Assembly (NCBI GenBank): GCA_963761305.1
Contig: CAVXGK010000002.1
Coordinates: 2,464,001 to 2,528,000, forward strand
Length of the DNA stretch: 64,000 bases
Origin: an uncultured Gemmatimonadaceae bacterium
GTDB lineage: Bacteria; Gemmatimonadota; Gemmatimonadetes; Gemmatimonadales; Gemmatimonadaceae
Direction of reading: 5' to 3'
Made by a program: the position numbers and the translations under genes. The notes under the pieces were generated by a model. It was not told the origin of the DNA. It did no database searches and worked only from the letters and a program-made list of their open reading frames with translations. Of this stretch, positions 58,834 to 64,000 are shown in pieces; the first letter of the stretch is position 1; every line of letters begins with the position of its first letter.

Positions 58834-61503
58834 ATGTCCTGGTTCTCCCGTCTCAGGAACCACGTGCGTTCCAATGCCGTCTCACAAGAGATCGATCGCG
58901 AGATGGCGTTTCACGTCGGTGAACGCGTGGACGAGCTCGTCGCGCGTGGCATGGCCCGGGAGGACGCCGAGCGCGAAGCGCGACGACGATTCGGCAACCG
59001 GACATATCAGAAGGAGCGCACCCGCGAGCGTGACCTGTTGGCCTGGCTCGATACGGTCATCGGCGATGTGCGCTATGCGCTGCGATCGCTCCGCTCGACC
59101 CCCGCGTTCACGCTCGTTGCCGTCCTCTCGCTGGCATTAGGGATCGGCGCGAACACCGCGATCTTCAGCGTCCTCGACGCCGTGCTGCTCAAGTCGCTCC
59201 CGGTGAGCCACCCCGACGAACTCGTCTCCCTGACGCGCGCGGAACGCGGCGACTCGTTCACCAATCCACTCTGGGAATCCGTCCGCAACCATCAGGACGT
59301 GTTCAGCGGCGCATTCGCCTTCGGCGACGACAAGTTCAGTCTCACCAACGGCGGCGAGGCGCGACGAATCAGCGGAGCCTATGTGAGCGGCGACTTCTTC
59401 TCGACGCTCGGCGTGACGACGCTCCTCGGCAGGCCAATCGTGAGGGGCGATGACGAACGGGGCTGCCCCGGCGTCGCCGTATTGAGCTACGGCTATTGGA
59501 ACGACACGTACAATGCCGATCCGAACGTCATCGGCCATACGATTCCCCTCGACGCGCACCCGTTCACTATCATCGGCGTGACGAAGCCTGGATTCTTCGG
59601 CGTGAGCGTGGGGCAGCGTCCGCAAGTCTACGTGCCGCTTTGCTCCGAAGCGCTCGTTTACGGTGCCAACAGCTCGCTCGACGACCGCAGCACCTGGTTC
59701 CTCCAGGTCGTCGGCCGGCCGAAAGCGGGCGTGATGCTGGCACAGGTCAACGCGCGCCTCGCCGCGCTCTCGCCGGCGATCGACAGCGAGACCGCCCCGG
59801 TCGGTGGTATGGCCAAGATGGTCAGCGCTTATCTCACCGTGAAGATCTCCGCGGAGCCGGCGGCGAGGGGCTTCTCCGAGCTGCGCACGACCTACAAGAA
59901 AGGCCTGTACATCCTCATGATGATCGTGGGGCTGGTGCTGTTCGTCGCCTGCGCGAACGTCATCAACCTGCTGCTCGCCCGCGCAGCGGTCCGTCAGCGC
60001 GAGATGGCGGTGCGGCTTGCCCTCGGCGCGGGTCGCGGGCGCCTCGCGCGACAAATGCTCACCGAGAGCTTGCTGCTCTCGAGCGCGGGCACGCTGATCG
60101 GCGGTGTGTTCGCTGTGTGGGGCAGTCGCTCACTCGTCGCGCTGCTCTCGCGAAGCAACCACGTCATCTCGCTCGACTTGGGGCTCGATGGTCGAGTGCT
60201 CGCCTTCACGATCGCGGTGTGCGCCGTGACCGGACTGCTGTTCGGTCTCGCGCCGGCGTGGCGCGCCGGACGCGTCGATCCGCAGCTGGCGATGAAAGCG
60301 CAGGGGCGCGGTGTCGCCGACGGACGCCTCGTCGCGACGAAGTCGCTCGTCGTGGGGCAGGTCGCGCTGTCGCTCGTGCTCATCGCGTGCGCGGGGCTGC
60401 TCCTCGCGAGCTGGCGCAACCTGGCGACGATCGACACGGGCTTCCGCCGAGATCACGTGCTGCTCGTCAATGCCGACCTTGCGAACACGCAGACGCCCAG
60501 CGATCTCCGGTCCGCGCTGTTCGCGCAGGCGCTCGAGCGTTTGCGCGCCACTCCCGCCGTTCTTGGGGCGGGCGGGGCTCTGATCACGCCGGTGAGCGGA
60601 TCAGGTTGGAACGACCGCGTGACGACCGACGGTTATGTGCCGGCGTCCGACAAGGAAGCGATGTCGTGGGCGAACGCGGTTACCGACGGCTATTTCGACG
60701 CGCTCGGCGTGCGACGGATCGCCGGGCGCGACTTCGACGCGACCGATACACCACACTCGGCGCGTGTCGCCATCGTCGACGAGTCGATGGCGAAGAAGTA
60801 CTTTCGTACGCCCAATGCCGTCGGTAAGCGGTTTCGGGTCGGCAGGGGAGACGGCGGACCGCTCATCGAAGTGATCGGCGTCGTCGCCGACACGAAGTAC
60901 AAGTCGCTCCGCGATTCCGCGCAACCGATCATCTACTATCCGGTCGCCCAGCAGCCGGCTGGCGCGCAGCGACTTGCGTTCGTCATTCGAACGAAGGGTC
61001 CCGCCGTCGATGCCATTCCCGGAGTGAAGGCGGCGATCGGCGAGATCAATTCGAACGTGATGTTCGACATCGTCCCGCTCGAACGCCAGTTGAGCGAATC
61101 GCTCGGCTTGCCGCGCGCGATCGGTGCGTTGTCCGGAATCTTCGGCGGGCTCGCGGTGGTGCTCGCGGCGATCGGACTCTACGGATTGATGGCGTACAGC
61201 GTCGCGCGGCGGCGCAACGAGATAGGCGTGCGAATCGCGCTCGGCGCCGGCCGGTCGCGAATCGTGCGGATGGTGCTCGGTGATGTCGGACGCATCGTCA
61301 CGATCGGCGTGGTGATCGGGCTGGCGCTCTCGTTCAGCGCTCGGAAACTCGTCGTCGGGTTCCTCTACGGCATCGCGCCGGACGACAGTCGCACACTCGT
61401 CGGATCGGCGGCGCTCCTCGGCGCGATCGCTCTCGTGGCCGTGGCCCTTCCTGCGTGGAGAGCGGCATCGCTCGATCCGGTGGCGGCGCTCAGGGAGGAG
61501 TAA
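58834..61503 (+). CDS. ADOP-family duplicated ABC permease (MacB/FtsX-like, orphan)
   Basis: EIDREMAFH, ARRRFGN, DVRYALRSL, LALGIGANTAIFS, ACANVINLLLAR, GLYGLMAYSVARRRNEIGVRIALGA. Confidence 0.95.
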   Translation: MSWFSRLRNHVRSNAVSQEIDREMAFHVGERVDELVARGMAREDAEREARRRFGNRTYQKERTRERDLLAWLDTVIGDVRYALRSLRSTPAFTLVAVLSLALGIGANTAIFSVLDAVLLKSLPVSHPDELVSLTRAERGDSFTNPLWESVRNHQDVFSGAFAFGDDKFSLTNGGEARRISGAYVSGDFFSTLGVTTLLGRPIVRGDDERGCPGVAVLSYGYWNDTYNADPNVIGHTIPLDAHPFTIIGVTKPGFFGVSVGQRPQVYVPLCSEALVYGANSSLDDRSTWFLQVVGRPKAGVMLAQVNARLAALSPAIDSETAPVGGMAKMVSAYLTVKISAEPAARGFSELRTTYKKGLYILMMIVGLVLFVACANVINLLLARAAVRQREMAVRLALGAGRGRLARQMLTESLLLSSAGTLIGGVFAVWGSRSLVALLSRSNHVISLDLGLDGRVLAFTIAVCAVTGLLFGLAPAWRAGRVDPQLAMKAQGRGVADGRLVATKSLVVGQVALSLVLIACAGLLLASWRNLATIDTGFRRDHVLLVNADLANTQTPSDLRSALFAQALERLRATPAVLGAGGALITPVSGSGWNDRVTTDGYVPASDKEAMSWANAVTDGYFDALGVRRIAGRDFDATDTPHSARVAIVDESMAKKYFRTPNAVGKRFRVGRGDGGPLIEVIGVVADTKYKSLRDSAQPIIYYPVAQQPAGAQRLAFVIRTKGPAVDAIPGVKAAIGEINSNVMFDIVPLERQLSESLGLPRAIGALSGIFGGLAVVLAAIGLYGLMAYSVARRRNEIGVRIALGAGRSRIVRMVLGDVGRIVTIGVVIGLALSFSARKLVVGFLYGIAPDDSRTLVGSAALLGAIALVAVALPAWRAASLDPVAALREE

Positions 61504-61614
61504 CCGCAGCAGTTGCGGCACCATCGCAGCGCCTTCGGCTGACAATCGTGGAAACCTTCGCTGCACGTCGTCAAGCTCAGCGTGCTCGGCTTCGTCGGGC
61601 TTCGGATCAGCTAG

Positions 61615-62187
61615 TTACCATCTGCTCGTGGGGGCTACGTCGAGTACAAAGCACCCCCAGTCGCTTCCCGCTGTGGCGACGATGACCCATTGGCCCGCGC
61701 TCGGAAGGGACACCTCACTCGGATAGCCGTACAAGCGTCCAGACGGTCCCGGACTGTAGGCCAAGCCTTCGACGCGGAATCGGACCGAATCAGCCCCGTT
61801 CCCAATGCGAGCCGCCCGAACGACGAGAGGTTTCTGCAACGAAGAGCCGTGTAACGGGAGCCAGACGACCTTGTATCCCTTTACCGCGTGAAACCCACCC
61901 CATGATGCGTTGAGAAACCCTCCGCGGACGATAAAGTCACCTGAGCGCAAGGAGCCGTTCGGGGCCGAGGTGTACGCGACGTACGCCGACGCCACCACGC
62001 AGCGCCTTTCAGCGGTTCCGCCGAACGGGTCGCTGAAGTAGGGTTGCTGGGCCACCTGCGGCGCGTCGTGCGCGAAATCGGCCCCTTGGGCTTCGGCCTC
62101 TCGAACGGTCATGGGTATGTTCTGCGCTCTCACGACGTGCGTCGTCGTCGCAATCATCAACGCCGCGGCCAAACTGACCTTCCGCAT
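61615..62187 (-). CDS. Hypothetical secreted protein
   Basis: GGAGG SD; signal peptide MRKVSLAAALMIATTTHVVRA; C-terminal YPSEVSLPSAGQWVIVATAGSDWGCF. Confidence 0.7.
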   Translation of the reverse strand: MRKVSLAAALMIATTTHVVRAQNIPMTVREAEAQGADFAHDAPQVAQQPYFSDPFGGTAERRCVVASAYVAYTSAPNGSLRSGDFIVRGGFLNASWGGFHAVKGYKVVWLPLHGSSLQKPLVVRAARIGNGADSVRFRVEGLAYSPGPSGRLYGYPSEVSLPSAGQWVIVATAGSDWGCFVLDVAPTSRW

Positions 62188-62322
62188 GCCAGCCTCCATC
62201 GAAGGTTCGGAGATCAAAGTGGCCGCAAGCACTGCGCCCAGCGCCGCGATTAGGGCCGGGGACGGGCTCTGCAATCAGGACCCCGGCGTTTTGCGCGCCG
62301 TCACGATCAGAGCAGCCCGGCC

Positions 62323-62724
62323 CTACGGCATGCCTCGGGCACCAGTCACTAGGACCGCAACCGTGACGACGACGGTGCCAGAGATCGCGGTGTCCGCCTG
62401 CGAGGTCGCAATGATCGTCGTCGTGCCGAGCGAATCAGCCGTCATCATGCCGGTCTGATCTACGGTTGCGATGCGGGTATTCGACGAGGACCACGTAACC
62501 CTGTCGTCGGTAAGCCCTGGCCCGCCCACTACGGACGCGGAGAAAGTGAGCTTCGTGCCGAGGTTTATGGAGAGGGGTCCCGACGGGATCACCGTCACAG
62601 AATGCACAGTGCTGTCCTGCGGGATTACCCGAGCGACGAGGTTGTCGCCGCAAGCTACGGTGCTGGACGTGACGGCAAACGTCAGAGCGGCCAGCACGAC
62701 AGTCGAACGAACGACAGGTGGCAT
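62323..62724 (-). CDS. Ig-like (Big_2) domain protein, possible lipoprotein
   Basis: TVAC lipobox-like; VTWSSSNTRIATVDQTGMMTA..GTTTIIATS. Confidence 0.85.
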   Translation of the reverse strand: MPPVVRSTVVLAALTFAVTSSTVACGDNLVARVIPQDSTVHSVTVIPSGPLSINLGTKLTFSASVVGGPGLTDDRVTWSSSNTRIATVDQTGMMTADSLGTTTIIATSQADTAISGTVVVTVAVLVTGARGMP

Positions 62725-62823
62725 CTAACCGTCCCCCATGGCTTAACTGCAAAAAAATGTCGCGTCACGCACGTCTCCACCAACGGTCGGCCGACGATCA
62801 GTGATGATTTCGGCGGCAACGTG

Positions 62824-62858
62824 GGCGGATGCCGACGTCCTGACCGCCGGCATCCGCC
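62824..62858. terminator. GC-rich hairpin downstream of the 251-aa gene (possible terminator)
   Basis: ggcggatgccg / cggcatccgcc stem; the short T-run lies on the + strand side. Confidence 0.45.
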
Positions 62859-62882
62859 GTTTTCACGGCGTCCGATCGTCCT

Positions 62883-63638
62883 CTACCCTGTCACACTGGG
62901 CGCGGCTGGTTGCGGCGGTGCCGCAGCCACCGGTGGCGCCTTCACCGGCGTCACCACCTTCACCGGCGTCACCACCTTCACTGGCGTCACCGCTGTCCGC
63001 ACGGGCCCGGGCTTGGCGGGAATGCGCCGAACCGCATTCCACTCGGCGAGCAACTGCTCGTCGGTCACGGCCTGCTGAATCGCCGCATCGAGCAGGTGCA
63101 GCGCTCGGCGCCCGCCGGCGGTTCCCGATCCGAGCGCGATGGTGGAACCCCGGCGCTTGGCGCTGTGATCGCTGCGTCCGTCGAGCGATGATCCGATCTG
63201 CTGCAACATCGCCCTCAGATCATCGAGAAAACTCGGCCTGAGGCCCGCGGCGACGAATGTCGCCGTGTACGGCGCCGCTGCGTTGGCCATCGCGTTGGCA
63301 GCGTCGACGAGCGGCGCGCCGACGAGGCGGACCGGCGGAAGCCGCAGGGCGGCCAGCTCCGGAACGTCTCCGAGCGTGGCCGCCGCCACCTTGGCGATCG
63401 GCCGCAAGAATTGCCGGCGCAACGCGAGCCGGAGACTCCGTTGCTTGCTGGTCTCGCCGGTCGAGCCGATCCGGTGCTCGGCCTGCGCGACCGCGTGCCC
63501 GTCGAGCGACGCGATGGCGTCGTCCAACGCTTTACGCGCTCCGGAGCTGTTCACCGATGCCAACGCCGCCGCGTTGGCGTCGAGGAACCGCTGGACATTC
63601 ACCAGCGTGTCCCGGACGTAACTCTGCTTCTGCTTCAT
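62883..63638 (-). CDS. Uncharacterised predicted alpha-helical protein with (VTPVKV)n/Pro-rich tail
   Basis: Strong SD GGGAGGT before ATG; Ala/Leu/Arg-rich amphipathic sequence; 18-bp tandem repeats near the 3' end. Confidence 0.8.
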   Translation of the reverse strand: MKQKQSYVRDTLVNVQRFLDANAAALASVNSSGARKALDDAIASLDGHAVAQAEHRIGSTGETSKQRSLRLALRRQFLRPIAKVAAATLGDVPELAALRLPPVRLVGAPLVDAANAMANAAAPYTATFVAAGLRPSFLDDLRAMLQQIGSSLDGRSDHSAKRRGSTIALGSGTAGGRRALHLLDAAIQQAVTDEQLLAEWNAVRRIPAKPGPVRTAVTPVKVVTPVKVVTPVKAPPVAAAPPQPAAPSVTG

Positions 63639-63756
63639 TAGTACCTCCCTCGAGCGCCGGCAATGTATGCACGCGACGCGGGCGCCCGCGCGGCAGCGTG
63701 CGACCGGCGGACCGATGTGCCGCCGGCGGAATGGTGGCTGCGAAGCTCACTGCTAT

Positions 63757-63988
63757 GTGTCCCCGGTTCACCGCGAAGTGTCGGGAACTCATCGCGACGT
63801 GACGCGTACTCGTCGGAACGTGTCGCGAAGTCATTGCGACGTGTCGCGAAGTCATTGCGACGTGTCGCGAAGTCATTGCGACGTGTCGCGAACTCATTGC
63901 GACGTGTCGCGAAGTCATTGCGACGTGCCGCGAACTCATTGCGACGGGTCGCGAACTCATTGCGACGGGTCGTGGAACTCATTGCGAC
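63757..63988. repeat. Tandem array of about 11 copies of a 21-bp unit GTGTCGCGAA(G/C)TCATTGCGAC, no spacers
   Basis: Units start at 63757, 63778, 63799, 63820, 63841, 63862, 63883, 63904, 63925, 63946 and 63967 (22 nt); near-identical core, degenerate toward the gene. Confidence 0.95.
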
Positions 63989-64000
63989 GTTCCCCGATGC

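Noticed and set aside
62720..62750. Integron attC/attI core GTTAGAT overlapping the start of the Big_2 gene on the minus strand
   Set aside because: It fits GTTRRRY, but I found no matching RYYYAAC inverse core at a suitable distance, no repeated attC sites and no integrase. IntegronFinder would settle it.
63757..63988. CRISPR array
   Set aside because: Units are directly adjacent with no unique spacers, and no cas genes are present in the window.

Overview
GC-rich (roughly two-thirds G+C by eye) bacterial chromosomal segment, probably Gemmatimonadota. That assignment is an inference from gene content and order, including two acidobacterial-type PadR plus ADOP permease modules. Most of the window is housekeeping. 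1-14.7 kb is a + strand run: degenerate DnaB-like C-terminus, yebC, ruvC, ruvA, an aminotransferase, ruvB, queA, tgt, yajC, def, fmt, rsmB, rpe, TlpA, CdaR-like, tsaD, lgt. 14.9-31 kb is mostly - strand: acpS, HAD hydrolase, DMT transporter, NlpC/P60, P1 peptidase, a small 8-Cys protein, a hybrid kinase, a lipid kinase, TamB and TamA/BamA. 31-61.5 kb holds peptide ABC components, MazG-like, FNR, PduO, aroB, a sigma-70 factor, glcDEF, YgfZ, a Mo-oxidoreductase, a chelatase-like ATPase, GNAT, MFS, CocE, a VWA protein and the two PadR-ADOP modules. 61.6-64 kb holds accessory hypothetical genes. No rRNA, tRNA, CRISPR, integrase or transposase was recognised. Unexplained structure: (i) a spacer-less array of about 11 copies of a 21-bp self-complementary unit directly upstream of an uncharacterised helical protein at the right edge; (ii) at least seven long imperfect intergenic palindromes (70-240 bp) built from short periodic motifs, falling into a few related families; (iii) a TANNNT box 5-8 nt before the start codon of ten operon-leading genes, suggesting leaderless mRNAs; (iv) two frameshifts (ruvC G8 tract, Mo-oxidoreductase) that may be sequencing errors.
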